Assembly (NCBI GenBank): GCA_040901675.1
Contig: JBBDYJ010000013.1
Coordinates: 64,001 to 128,000, forward strand
Source of the DNA: Pirellulales bacterium
Lineage (GTDB): Bacteria > Planctomycetota > Planctomycetia > Pirellulales > JAICIG01
Reading direction: 5' to 3'
DNA length: 64,000 bases
Shown here: positions 26,720-36,204 of the stretch, one piece after another
Position numbering within the stretch: the stretch's first letter is position 1
Layout of the letters: every line of letters begins with the position of its first letter
Program-made: the position numbers and the translations under genes
Notes under the pieces: model-generated
Database searches by the model: none
Seen by the model: the letters and a program-made list of their open reading frames with translations, nothing else
Told to the model about the DNA's origin: nothing

Positions 26720-26813
26720 CATGGACATGGGGGCCGCCGCCACCAGCGGCGGCCAAAACACGGACGGTACGACTGATCGATCGCACGGATTTTCGCAAGG
26801 AAGTTCAAGGATG
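26720..26813 (+). promoter_or_regulatory. Cluster of five CANGGA (CsrA/RsmA-type) motifs in the secretin leader
   Basis: CATGGA 26720, CACGGA 26759, CACGGA 26784, CAAGGA 26796, CAAGGA 26806. The last overlaps ATG 26811. Confidence 0.55.
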
Positions 26814-28568
26814 CTCACTCCAAGCCTACGGCGACCCCTCGCCTCGCGCCTGGCGCATGTTTTCTCGGCGGCATTGACGGCGGCCCCGAAGCTCGTTGGT
26901 TGTCTGGGCCTCATGGCCGGGCTGCTGGCGGCGCCCGGCCGGCTAGCGGGCCAACACATGGGCCCCAACCCCCTGGTGCACCGCGTGCAGGGGGCCAGCC
27001 AACGGCTGGAGATGATCGTCAACACCAGCCGCATCCTGACGCTGGACCAGAAGATCCCCCGCGTCGGCGTGAACAACAAGGAAGTGCTCGACCTCACGCC
27101 GCTCTCGGCCACGCAGGTCCAGATCCTGGCCAAGAAGGCGGGTGTCACCCAGGTCAACCTGTGGGACGAACAGGAGAACGTCCACGTCGTCGACGTGATC
27201 GTGTTCGGCGACGCCCAGGAGCTGTCGATGCTGTTGCAGTCGCAGTTTCCCAAGGCCTCGCTCAAGGTCATTCCCCTGGCGTCCAGCGTGTTGATATCGG
27301 GTTACGTGGACGACCCCGACCAGGTGGACCGGATCATCAAGATGGCCGAGGACTACCATACCAAGGTCATCAACAACATCCGCGTGGGCGGCGTGCAGCA
27401 AGTGCTGCTGCAGGTCCGCGTGATGGAAGTCTCGCGCACCAAGCTGCGGGCAGCGGGAGTGGATTTCGCCGCCCTTAATTCCGGCGGCGATTTCTTCGTC
27501 TCCAGCATCAGCGGCCTGATTGCGACCGTGGCGGACGCGGCGGAGGGCAGCGGCGGCGGAACGATGCAGCTCGGCATTCTCGACTCGGGCAACTCGTTCT
27601 TTGCCTTCCTCGAGCTGCTGCAGGAGCGGAAGCTGGCCAAGATCCTGGCCGAGCCGCAACTGGTGACGGTCAGCGGGCGGCCGGCGTTCTTCAACTCGGG
27701 CGGTGAGTTTCCGATCCTGGTGCCGCAGAGCCTGGGCACCGTCTCGGTGCAGTACCGCAAGTTCGGCACGCAGGTCGACTTCGTGCCGATCGTGCTGGGC
27801 AACGGGGCCATCCGCCTGGAAGTACGGCCGCGGGTCAGCGAAATCGACGAGTCGCGCAGCGTGACGATCAACGACACCAGCGTGCCCGGCTTGCGGGTCC
27901 GCGAGGTCGATACGGGGGTCGAGATGCGTGCCGGTCAGACCTTGGCCATCGCCGGCCTGGTGCAGAACCGGGTGGCGGCCCAAGTCCGCGGGGTGCCTTG
28001 GATCAGCGACCTGCCCTGGGTGGGCGCCGCTTTCCGCAAAACAAGCGAAACGACCGAGGAGATCGAACTCTTGATCTTGGTGACTCCTCAACTGGTGGAC
28101 GCCCTGGATCCGCACGAAGTGCCCCCCTGCGGGCCGGGCTTCGACACAGCCAGTCCCACCGACATCCAGTTGTACATGCGAGGTCACATCGAGGTGCCCC
28201 GCTGCTGCACCGACGGGAGCTGCAGCGACTGCCGCGCCCGTGGCGGCATCGGCCCCGACGTGCTGCCCCCCGGCGCCTATGAAGTGCCGGTGGAATCGAT
28301 CGGGCCCCCACCCACGCCCCAGCCCGGACAATCGGGCCAGCGTGGCAAGGCCTCGAACGTCCGGCCCACGCGGCTGCCGGCCAGCGGCGACTCCCTGCGG
28401 CGGGCACCGTCGGGCTCGGATGAAACCTCGGCCGGCCCGGCCGCTTCTGGACGGCAACACCGTCACAAGCCGTCCAGCCGCAACCGGCAGGCTCCTTCGG
28501 CGCAAGCGGTCGGGCAAAAAACGCCTCCCGGCTTCATCGGCCCCATCGGCTATGACGTGGTAAAGTAA
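26811..28568 (+). CDS. cpaC: Tad secretin CpaC/RcpA
   Basis: T2SS-T3SS pilus N-domain, BON-like segment, QQVLLQVRVMEV, ILAEPQLVTVSG, GQTLAIAGL, ELLILVTP. Start uncertain (26721 or 26811). Confidence 0.92.
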   Translation: MLTPSLRRPLASRLAHVFSAALTAAPKLVGCLGLMAGLLAAPGRLAGQHMGPNPLVHRVQGASQRLEMIVNTSRILTLDQKIPRVGVNNKEVLDLTPLSATQVQILAKKAGVTQVNLWDEQENVHVVDVIVFGDAQELSMLLQSQFPKASLKVIPLASSVLISGYVDDPDQVDRIIKMAEDYHTKVINNIRVGGVQQVLLQVRVMEVSRTKLRAAGVDFAALNSGGDFFVSSISGLIATVADAAEGSGGGTMQLGILDSGNSFFAFLELLQERKLAKILAEPQLVTVSGRPAFFNSGGEFPILVPQSLGTVSVQYRKFGTQVDFVPIVLGNGAIRLEVRPRVSEIDESRSVTINDTSVPGLRVREVDTGVEMRAGQTLAIAGLVQNRVAAQVRGVPWISDLPWVGAAFRKTSETTEEIELLILVTPQLVDALDPHEVPPCGPGFDTASPTDIQLYMRGHIEVPRCCTDGSCSDCRARGGIGPDVLPPGAYEVPVESIGPPPTPQPGQSGQRGKASNVRPTRLPASGDSLRRAPSGSDETSAGPAASGRQHRHKPSSRNRQAPSAQAVGQKTPPGFIGPIGYDVVK

Positions 28569-28682
28569 ATAGGCCGGAGCCGCGGGGCCTTGGCGTGCAC
28601 CCTGGCATGCAGGCGCGCAACGACCCGCGGCTCACGGCGGCGGCCCGCCGAGCCATCCACGCGTTGAGGTAGTCGAAACACC

Positions 28683-29906
28683 ATGAGTAACGTGCTCCGC
28701 TTGGCCATTGTCGATCCGAGCGACGCCACGCGCGATAACCTGAAGACCATGTTGCTGGGCATGGATCGCGTTTGGCTCGAGGCCGAGTGCTCGCGCTACG
28801 AGTTCTTTTCCGACGTGGTGGCTCAGACGCATCCGGACATCGGCATCGTGGCCTTGGACCACGACGTGGACAAGGCGCTGGAGCTGGTCGTCAAGCTGAA
28901 CGACACTTCGCCCGAGTGCAGCATCCTGGTCGTGAGCAGCTCGGCCGACGGCAAGCTGATCCTGCGGGCCATGCGGGCCGGCGCCAAGGAGTTTCTGACG
29001 CAGCCGATCCGCATCCAGGACCTGCTCGACTCCCTGGAGCGGATCAGCGACCGGCGTTTCGGGCGCGGAGAGACCAAGGCCCGCGGCAGCTTCGTCATCG
29101 CCGTGGCCGGGGCCACCGGCGGCGTCGGCACCACCAGCGTGGCCGTGAACCTGGGCTGCATCCTGGCCCAGGATCCAAAGAACACGGTGGCCCTGGTCGA
29201 CCTGGATCTCTGCTTGGGCGACGCCGACGTGTTCCTCGACACGATCCCCGACTACACGCTGGTCGACGTCTCGCAGAATGTCACCCGGCTCGATTTCACC
29301 TTGTTGAAGCGGTCGCTTACCAAGCATTCCTCGGGGTTGTTCCTGCTGCCGCGCCCCGTGCAGATGGAAGACATGGAGCTGATCACCGCCGACGACCTGC
29401 AGCGCGTGTTCGGCTTGCTCAAGGCCACCTTCACCCACCTCGTGATCGATCTATCCAAGAGCTACAGCGCTTTGGACCTGGTGGCCCTGGAGATGGCCAG
29501 CCACGTCCTGCTGGTTACCCAGCTCGACTTGCCCTGCCTGCGCAACGTCGTGCGGTTGATGATGTCGTTCGGCAACATGAAAGGCGTGGCCGACAAGGTC
29601 AAAATCGTCGTCAACCGGGTGGGCCTGGACAACGGCAACATCAGCCTCAAGAAGGCCCAGGATACGATCGGCCGGGAGATCTTCTGGCAGTTGCCCAACG
29701 ACTACCGCACCATGGTCGAGGTCCGCAACAACGGCGTGCCCTTGATCGAGCAAGCGCCGAAGGCTTCGATTACCCAGGCCCTGGTTCAACTCAGCGAAAC
29801 CCTGGTGGGCCCGGCCAAAGCCGCCGATTCCGAAGACGAGCCAGGGGCCAAGGCCTCGCGCAGCCTGCTCAGCTTCTGGCCCGTCAAGGGCAAGGGCGGC
29901 AAATAA
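28683..29906 (+). CDS. cpaE: CpaE/TadZ (atypical REC plus MinD-like ATPase)
   Basis: Receiver-like N-terminus; deviant P-loop GATGGVGTTSVAVNL; VDLDL. Confidence 0.92.
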   Translation: MSNVLRLAIVDPSDATRDNLKTMLLGMDRVWLEAECSRYEFFSDVVAQTHPDIGIVALDHDVDKALELVVKLNDTSPECSILVVSSSADGKLILRAMRAGAKEFLTQPIRIQDLLDSLERISDRRFGRGETKARGSFVIAVAGATGGVGTTSVAVNLGCILAQDPKNTVALVDLDLCLGDADVFLDTIPDYTLVDVSQNVTRLDFTLLKRSLTKHSSGLFLLPRPVQMEDMELITADDLQRVFGLLKATFTHLVIDLSKSYSALDLVALEMASHVLLVTQLDLPCLRNVVRLMMSFGNMKGVADKVKIVVNRVGLDNGNISLKKAQDTIGREIFWQLPNDYRTMVEVRNNGVPLIEQAPKASITQALVQLSETLVGPAKAADSEDEPGAKASRSLLSFWPVKGKGGK

Positions 29907-30020
29907 ACAGGCTACGGACGAGTGAAATGGGGTAGCAGAACTCGCCAGAGTTCTGGTGAAGTGCCGTCTGGGCACCGCGTTCCTGCAATCGCTTATCCCC
30001 TCCGGATAACTCCGGACGAG

Positions 30021-30093
30021 CACTGCTTCTCGTCCGCCTTTGGCGGACCACGGCGGCCCCTCCAAGCAGTGGCACGTCTCCAAGCAGTGGCAC
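30021..30093. repeat. REP/MITE-like palindromic element, copy 1
   Basis: CACTGCTT-CTCGTCCGCCTTTGGCGGACCACGGCGGCCCCTCC-AAGCAGTGGCAC plus a second AAGCAGTGGCAC. Near-identical to 36131-36184. Confidence 0.85.
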
Positions 30094-30097
30094 CATT

Positions 30098-30550
30098 CTA
30101 AGGCCGGCTGACGTCCGAGTCGAAGACGCGGACTTTACTCCATAGCGAGCGGCTCTGTTCCACGAATCTCACGTGGCGTTCCGAGACCTGGTAGTCGTCG
30201 TGCGCCTTGCGGTCGCGAAACACCAGGTGCAATCCCACGTCAAAATCGACGTCGTTCACTTCGCGGTCCAGGTCGCTCACCGTCCCCGCGGCATAAAACT
30301 CCGTGCCTGGATGGTCCGACAGATACTCGTGACAGGCCTCGACCAGCTTTCGCCGGTTTTCAGGCGTCGATTCCTTGAGCGAGAAATAGACATTGTGAGC
30401 GAGCATCGGTTCCTTTCCTTCGGCCGCATCGGCCAGGGCGGTTCGCGGGCCGGTCGGAGTATACGACACGCCGGCCACGGTCCACGCAGCGCCGGCTGAA
30501 ATGAGGCAGAGCATGCCAAGCGACCAGCGCCGTTTCGAGTTCGTCTTCAT
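30098..30550 (-). CDS. Secreted Dabb (stress-responsive alpha/beta barrel) protein
   Basis: Signal peptide; HNVYFSLK...FDVGLHLVFRDRKAHDDYQVSERH...VRVFD. Confidence 0.85.
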   Translation of the reverse strand: MKTNSKRRWSLGMLCLISAGAAWTVAGVSYTPTGPRTALADAAEGKEPMLAHNVYFSLKESTPENRRKLVEACHEYLSDHPGTEFYAAGTVSDLDREVNDVDFDVGLHLVFRDRKAHDDYQVSERHVRFVEQSRSLWSKVRVFDSDVSRP

Positions 30551-30586
30551 TCGATTGATGTCTCCTATGGGCACCCACGTTGGGCG

Positions 30587-32608
30587 TCACTTGCCCCGCT
30601 TGGCCGGTTCCGTCTTGCCAGCGACGAGCGGCTGGCCGTTGGTCTGTTCGGTTCTGGCCAGGGCCGGCCCGATCAGCTCTTCGATCTCGCGGTCGTCGAG
30701 AACTTCGCGTTCCGACAGGGCGTTGGCGATGGCGTCGAGCTTGTCGCGGTGCTCGGCCAGGATGGCCTTGGCCTGGTCGGCGGCCGAGTGCAGGATGCGG
30801 GCCACTTCTTCATCGATCACCTGCGCCGTGTGCTCGCTGAACTCGCGCGGCTCCTGCAGGTCCCTGCCCAGGAAGGGATGCTCTTCGCTGGTGCGATAAG
30901 CCACGGGCCCCAGCCGCTCACTCATGCCCCAGTGCGTGACCATGCGGCGGGCCAGTTGAGTCGAGCGTTTCAGATCGTCCTCGGCCCCGGCGCTGTGCTC
31001 GTCGAACACGAGCTTCTCGGCCGCCCGGCCGCCCATCATGAATATCAGCCGGGCGTGCAATTCGCTCTCGCTGATGTTCAGCCGGTCTTCCTCGGGCAGC
31101 AACTGGGTCACTCCCAGCGCCCGCCCGCGGGGAATGATCGTCACCTTGTGCAGGCGATCGGCGCCGGGCACCAGCCAGGCCAGCAAGGCATGCCCCGCCT
31201 CATGGTAGGCGGTCATCACTTTCTCCTTGCCGGTGAGCACCTCTTCACGCTTGGCGCCCATCAGGATCTTGTCGCGGGCCACATCGAAGTCGAGCATGTC
31301 GACGTGGTCCTTCCCCTGCCGCGTCGCCCACAGGGCCGCCTCGTTGACCAGGTTGCGGATATCCGCTCCGGTCAGGCCCACCGTGCCCTGCGCCAGGCGG
31401 TGCAGGTCGACGTCGTCGGCCAGCGGCACCTCGCGGCTATGGACTCGGAAGATCGCTTCGCGGCCCTTCAGGTTCGGTCGATCGACCGTCACGTGGCGGT
31501 CGAACCGGCCGGGCCGCAGCAGCGCCGGATCGAGCACGTCGGGGCGGTTGGTGGCGGCCAGCACGATCACCGACTCATTCGGGCTGAACCCGTCCATCTC
31601 GCTGAGGATCTGGTTGAGGGTCTGCTCCCGCTCGTCGTGGCCGCCGCCGAGCCCCGCGCCGCGGACCCGTCCCACGGCGTCGATTTCGTCGATGAACAGG
31701 ATGCAGGGCGACGCTTCCTTGGCCGTCTTGAACATGTCGCGGACCCGGCTGGCTCCCACCCCGACGAACATCTGGATGAATTCCGAGCCGTTGATCGAAA
31801 AGAAGGGCACGCCGGCCTCGCCCGCCACGGCTTTAGCCAGCAGGGTCTTGCCGGCGCCCGGCGGTCCCATCAACAGCACGCCTTTGGGGATGCGTCCGCC
31901 GAGCCGCTGAAACTTCTCGGGGTTCTTCAAGAACTCGACCACTTCCGCCAGGTCGTTCTTGACGCCTTCCAGGCCGGCCACGTCCTCGAACGTTGTCCGC
32001 TGCTTGCCGGTTTCGTAGCGCTTGGCGGGGCTCTTGCTGAAACCCGAAAGGATCCCGCCCCCCAGAAACTGGTCGCGCGTCCGCCGCAGCATGATCCACA
32101 TGCCCAGCAGCAACAGCACCGGCACGGCGATGTACAGCAGGATCAACAGGCCGATGCCGCTGTCCACTTTCTTCGATTTGTAGTTGGCGCCCAGCCGCTC
32201 TTGCAGCCTTCGATCCAACTCCTCGCCGGCCAGGGGGCTGATATACACCACGAAATCGACCAGTTCGGCATTTTGTTCGGCGCCCGCGGCTTCGGAGGGC
32301 TGGGCGGCTGGCTGACGAGGAGCGCTCCCCTCTTGGGCGGCTTCCTTTTTTGTCCGCTTGTATTTGCCCCGGACCTCCTGGTTGTCGATGATCGTGGCCT
32401 CGGCGACCTGGTTTGCGTCCAGCAACTCGACGAACTCGCCGTAGAAGATCTCCTCCCGCTTGCCCGATTCATTGGCCTTGTAGAGCATCCAGAGCAGCAG
32501 GAGCACCATCGCCAACACCACCAAGGTCGGCGGGGTGAAGCGGGGGCGCGGGGGGGGCGGCTTTTCGGACACGGGGCTGCCGCCCGCGGGTTGATTATTC
32601 TCCATCAA
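30587..32608 (-). CDS. ftsH: ATP-dependent zinc metalloprotease FtsH
   Basis: Two TMs, [17 protein letters not shown] motif [24 protein letters not shown]. Confidence 0.97.
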   Translation of the reverse strand: MMENNQPAGGSPVSEKPPPPRPRFTPPTLVVLAMVLLLLWMLYKANESGKREEIFYGEFVELLDANQVAEATIIDNQEVRGKYKRTKKEAAQEGSAPRQPAAQPSEAAGAEQNAELVDFVVYISPLAGEELDRRLQERLGANYKSKKVDSGIGLLILLYIAVPVLLLLGMWIMLRRTRDQFLGGGILSGFSKSPAKRYETGKQRTTFEDVAGLEGVKNDLAEVVEFLKNPEKFQRLGGRIPKGVLLMGPPGAGKTLLAKAVAGEAGVPFFSINGSEFIQMFVGVGASRVRDMFKTAKEASPCILFIDEIDAVGRVRGAGLGGGHDEREQTLNQILSEMDGFSPNESVIVLAATNRPDVLDPALLRPGRFDRHVTVDRPNLKGREAIFRVHSREVPLADDVDLHRLAQGTVGLTGADIRNLVNEAALWATRQGKDHVDMLDFDVARDKILMGAKREEVLTGKEKVMTAYHEAGHALLAWLVPGADRLHKVTIIPRGRALGVTQLLPEEDRLNISESELHARLIFMMGGRAAEKLVFDEHSAGAEDDLKRSTQLARRMVTHWGMSERLGPVAYRTSEEHPFLGRDLQEPREFSEHTAQVIDEEVARILHSAADQAKAILAEHRDKLDAIANALSEREVLDDREIEELIGPALARTEQTNGQPLVAGKTEPAKRGK

Positions 32609-32651
32609 GGGGCCTTTCTTTCCTTATACACGGCAATTCCAGCAAGACATT

Positions 32652-35321
32652 TCATTGTAGTGTATCGGCCGCCTGGTTTCGATGTGGCGGCCCCCCAAGC
32701 GCGGGCTGTTTCTCGCTTAGCGCCGGCCGGCGACACTTGAGGAACAACTGCACTTCCTCGTACCGTGTCCCGGCGGGCAAGCGCGTCAACAGCGGCCGTA
32801 TCCGCTCGGGCATGCCCGGCCCGATCACGCTTTCAAAGGTCTCGATTTCCGAGGGGGATAAAAACCATTCCGCCCGCACCACTCTCCCCTCTTCCAAGGC
32901 CCGCAGCGCGTGGTCCAGAATCACCTCGCGCGAGAGCCCCCGCGCCGCCCGGCACTCATCCACGCTCAAGCCGGCCGACAGCATTCGCCAGGTCCAATAG
33001 TGGTTGGGGGCCGACTGCACACTTTCGCCGCCCGCCTCCGCCGTCTCGGCGGCCGGGCCGCTCCGCGCGTCGAACGATGGCGGCATGGCCGCTGGGCGGT
33101 CCGGCTCATTGGCGGCCCCGAGAGCCGCAGCGCCGGCTGCCGCCGCCGGTTCGCCGAAGGCGGACGGGGCGCCGGCGATTGGCGGCGGGCCCGACATCGC
33201 CGCGGTCATCCGCGCCGCGATCGCGACGTCCGCCGACAGCGCCACGTCGATCGTGGCCCTGCCGGCCATCACGTCCTTGCCTAACTCAGTCAACTGCAGC
33301 CTCGGCCGCTGGTTTTCCGTGCCGACCTGCTCCAGGCAGCGCGTCTCCAAGAGCCCGTCCAGCAGTCCCACCACCACTTCCTGCTTCCACTGCGACAGCA
33401 GGCCGTGGGTGGTCAGCAGGTGCAGGCCGTTTCGCTTCACTTTGGCGGCGTTCGAGCCGCAGAGCATCTGCGCGATCAGATGCTTGCCGAATCGGCCGCG
33501 GGCCCGGGCCACTCCGCTCAAAGCCTTGCGGATCGCCTCCAGCTCCTGGCCGCTGGCCGGCGCGGCAACGGCCGGATGGGCGGCCGCCGGAGACTTTCGC
33601 GAGCGGCCGGTCCGCGTGCAGTTGTCGCAACGGCCGCACGGCTCGCTGCCGGCCTGGCCAAAATAATCGAGGATCTCGCGCTGGCGGCAGCGGCCGCTCT
33701 GGGCAAAACCGACCACGCGGTCCAATTTGGCGTACTCGGCCCGTTTCCGCTTTTCGAGGTCGGCGAAGTCGATGCCGAGCCCATGGAACGGCCTGTCGCG
33801 CTGGAGGAGGTGAATGGCCCGGCCGCGAAACGGCGGCACGTAATCGAACGCGTCCAGCTCCATGAGCTCCCGCAACGTGCGATTCAAGGCGGTGGCGTCC
33901 AGCTCGGTGGCCGCCTGCAGCTCGCGCGGCCTGAAGTAAACCAGCTCAAACCGCCGCGGCCCCACGATGCGCTCGACCGCCGCCAGCACGCGCCGCTGCG
34001 TGCGGGCCTGCCGTGGCAGCAGATCGACCAGCGCCGGCAGGTCGCTGTCCAGCCGGACCAAGGCCATGTTCTCGCGCGGTTCGAGCCGCTCCAGCACGCC
34101 GGCCTGCTCCAGCAACTGCTCGCACGTGCCCACCCCCTCGGCGCTGATCGGCAGGCTGAGGGTGGCCTTGAGCTCCTGCTGCGTCAGCTCGACGGGGTCG
34201 TCCTGCTGGTGCCGCAGAAAATCGTACACCCGCTCGACGATCTCGCGCGCCGGGTAAGCGCTTTCGATGAAGAACTCCTGGATCCGCCGGTCGCCCACGC
34301 TGTACAGCAAGAGGCAATCCGCCGGAAGTCCGTCGCGCCCGGCCCGCCCGGCTTCCTGGTAATAGGCCTCCAGGCTGCCCGGCAGGTTGTAGTGCACCAC
34401 GAACCGCACGTCGGCCTTGTCGATGCCCATGCCGAAGGCGGTGGTGGCGGCCACGATTTCGCTTTTGCCCTGCATGAACCGGTCCTGGGCGGCCCGTCGG
34501 TCTTCGCTGCTCATGCCGGCGTGATAGACGGCGGTGGAGCGGCCGGTGGCTTGGGCGATCGACTGGGCGAGCTCCTCGCATCGTTTGCGCGAGGAGGCAT
34601 AGACGATGCCCGACCCCGGATGCTCGCCGAGGAATCGCTCCAGCGCCTGGTCCTTGCGCCGGCTGCTGTGCGGCGATTGGACCTCGTAACGCAAATTGGG
34701 GCGGGTAAAGCCGGTGACCAGCGTGCGGGGATTGCGCAGGTTGAGTTGCTGCACGATATCGCGCCTGACGGCGTCCGTGGCGGTGGCCGTCAGTGCAATC
34801 GTGGGTGGGTGCCCCAGCATGGCGCGAAACCGGCCCAGCCGCGCGTAGTCGGGGCGGAAGTCGTGCCCCCACTGGCTGATGCAGTGGGCTTCGTCCACGG
34901 CCAGCAGGCGGAGCCGCGCCGAGCGGACCGCTTCGACCAGCCGGCTGCTGCGGAACCGCTCCGGCGCGATGTACACCAGGTTGAAATGCCCGGCGGCCAT
35001 CGCCTCCAGCCGCGCGTATTGTTCCGCCTGGGCCAAGGCGCTGTTGACGAACGTGGCTTTCAAGCCCAGCGCCGAGAGCTGGTCCACCTGGTCCTTCATC
35101 AGGGCGATCAGCGGCGAAACGACCAGCGTCAGCCCCGGCCTGGCCACCGCCGGCAGTTGATAGCAGAGGCTCTTGCCGCCACCGGTGGGCATGACGCACA
35201 AACAGTCCTCGCCCGCCAGGACCGCCTCGATCACTTCGCGTTGGCCCGGACGAAAGCACGACAGGCCGAAGAGAGGCAGGTAAGCCTCCGGCGAGCCGGC
35301 CTGGGGCGCGGGGGTGGACAT
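32652..35321 (-). CDS. recQ: RecQ-family ATP-dependent DNA helicase
   Basis: MPTGGGKS, VDEAHCISQWGHDFRP, QEAGRAGRDG, Zn motif CR...CGRCDNC, RQC and a C-terminal HTH. Confidence 0.95.
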   Translation of the reverse strand: MSTPAPQAGSPEAYLPLFGLSCFRPGQREVIEAVLAGEDCLCVMPTGGGKSLCYQLPAVARPGLTLVVSPLIALMKDQVDQLSALGLKATFVNSALAQAEQYARLEAMAAGHFNLVYIAPERFRSSRLVEAVRSARLRLLAVDEAHCISQWGHDFRPDYARLGRFRAMLGHPPTIALTATATDAVRRDIVQQLNLRNPRTLVTGFTRPNLRYEVQSPHSSRRKDQALERFLGEHPGSGIVYASSRKRCEELAQSIAQATGRSTAVYHAGMSSEDRRAAQDRFMQGKSEIVAATTAFGMGIDKADVRFVVHYNLPGSLEAYYQEAGRAGRDGLPADCLLLYSVGDRRIQEFFIESAYPAREIVERVYDFLRHQQDDPVELTQQELKATLSLPISAEGVGTCEQLLEQAGVLERLEPRENMALVRLDSDLPALVDLLPRQARTQRRVLAAVERIVGPRRFELVYFRPRELQAATELDATALNRTLRELMELDAFDYVPPFRGRAIHLLQRDRPFHGLGIDFADLEKRKRAEYAKLDRVVGFAQSGRCRQREILDYFGQAGSEPCGRCDNCTRTGRSRKSPAAAHPAVAAPASGQELEAIRKALSGVARARGRFGKHLIAQMLCGSNAAKVKRNGLHLLTTHGLLSQWKQEVVVGLLDGLLETRCLEQVGTENQRPRLQLTELGKDVMAGRATIDVALSADVAIAARMTAAMSGPPPIAGAPSAFGEPAAAAGAAALGAANEPDRPAAMPPSFDARSGPAAETAEAGGESVQSAPNHYWTWRMLSAGLSVDECRAARGLSREVILDHALRALEEGRVVRAEWFLSPSEIETFESVIGPGMPERIRPLLTRLPAGTRYEEVQLFLKCRRPALSEKQPALGGPPHRNQAADTLQ

Positions 35322-35333
35322 GAGAGGGCGGCT

Positions 35334-36005
35334 CTACGATGTTTGCGGTGCGGAGCGCTTCCAGACGTCCGCTGCCGCGATCCGGCTCGAGCGCCCGAAC
35401 AGGGCTTCCAGGCAAATCGCCGACCAGCTTTCGAATCCCGCCAGGTCCGCCAGCAGCTCGTCGACCGGGCAAAAGCCGCACTCCAAGAGATCGCACTCGC
35501 GAGGGTGCACTTCGGTGCTTTCGACCTCAAACAGGTGCACGACCCCCAGGTGGACGCGGCCCACCTCGGTCTGGTCGTCGTTGATCAGGCCGACGCAGCG
35601 CTGCACGTAGGGGGTGGCGATGGAGACCTCTTCCTCCAGCTCGCGGCGCATCCCCTGTTCATACGAGCTGGCGCCGGGCAGGGCATCGTGGGCCGAGATG
35701 TGCCCCCCGATGCCCACGCTGCGTTTGCGGTGCAGCCGGCCTTCGCCCTGTCCGCTGCCGCGGACGTAGTGCAGCACGTGCAGTCGCTGGGCCGAGTCGC
35801 GGTGCTGAAAGATGCAGTAGGGTATGAGCTGTTTGAAGCTCGGATCGGCCTCCATTTGCCGCCGCGGGCGGTAGCTGACGTGGGCCGGGTTGAGCAGCTC
35901 GTCCAGGTAATCGGTCACGCGGCTGTTGAATCCTTGAAAATAACCGAGCCGATGAAATACCGCCGTGGGCACCACCAGCACGTGTTCCGAGTCGACCTGG
36001 CTCAT
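35334..36005 (-). CDS. Predicted NUDIX-family phosphoesterase
   Basis: EADPSFKQLIPY...GEGRLHRKRSVGIGGHI...RELEEEV...VGRVHLG...FESWS. Confidence 0.85.
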   Translation of the reverse strand: MSQVDSEHVLVVPTAVFHRLGYFQGFNSRVTDYLDELLNPAHVSYRPRRQMEADPSFKQLIPYCIFQHRDSAQRLHVLHYVRGSGQGEGRLHRKRSVGIGGHISAHDALPGASSYEQGMRRELEEEVSIATPYVQRCVGLINDDQTEVGRVHLGVVHLFEVESTEVHPRECDLLECGFCPVDELLADLAGFESWSAICLEALFGRSSRIAAADVWKRSAPQTS

Positions 36006-36097
36006 GGGCGAATCCTTTCCGCTTCGTTGGTATCGCTTGCCAGCCGGCATTCCGCGCTCCGGACTGGGTTAGCCCAGTATAAAGGACAGACGGCCGA

Positions 36098-36198
36098 GTG
36101 CCACTGCTTCCAGGCCGCCCTTCCGAGTGCCACTGCTTCTCGTCCGCCTTTGGCGGACCACGGCGGCCCTCCAAGCAGTGGCACGGGAGCAATGGCAC
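36098..36198. repeat. REP/MITE-like palindromic element, copy 2
   Basis: GTGCCACTGCTT twice (36098, 36127), same internal hairpin as copy 1, AAGCAGTGGCAC ending at 36184. Confidence 0.85.
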
Positions 36199-36204
36199 CG
36201 GCGA

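Noticed and set aside
32527..32560. G-run as a phase-variation tract or G-quadruplex
   Set aside because: It encodes the Pro-rich N-terminus of FtsH (PPPPRPR) in an intact frame.
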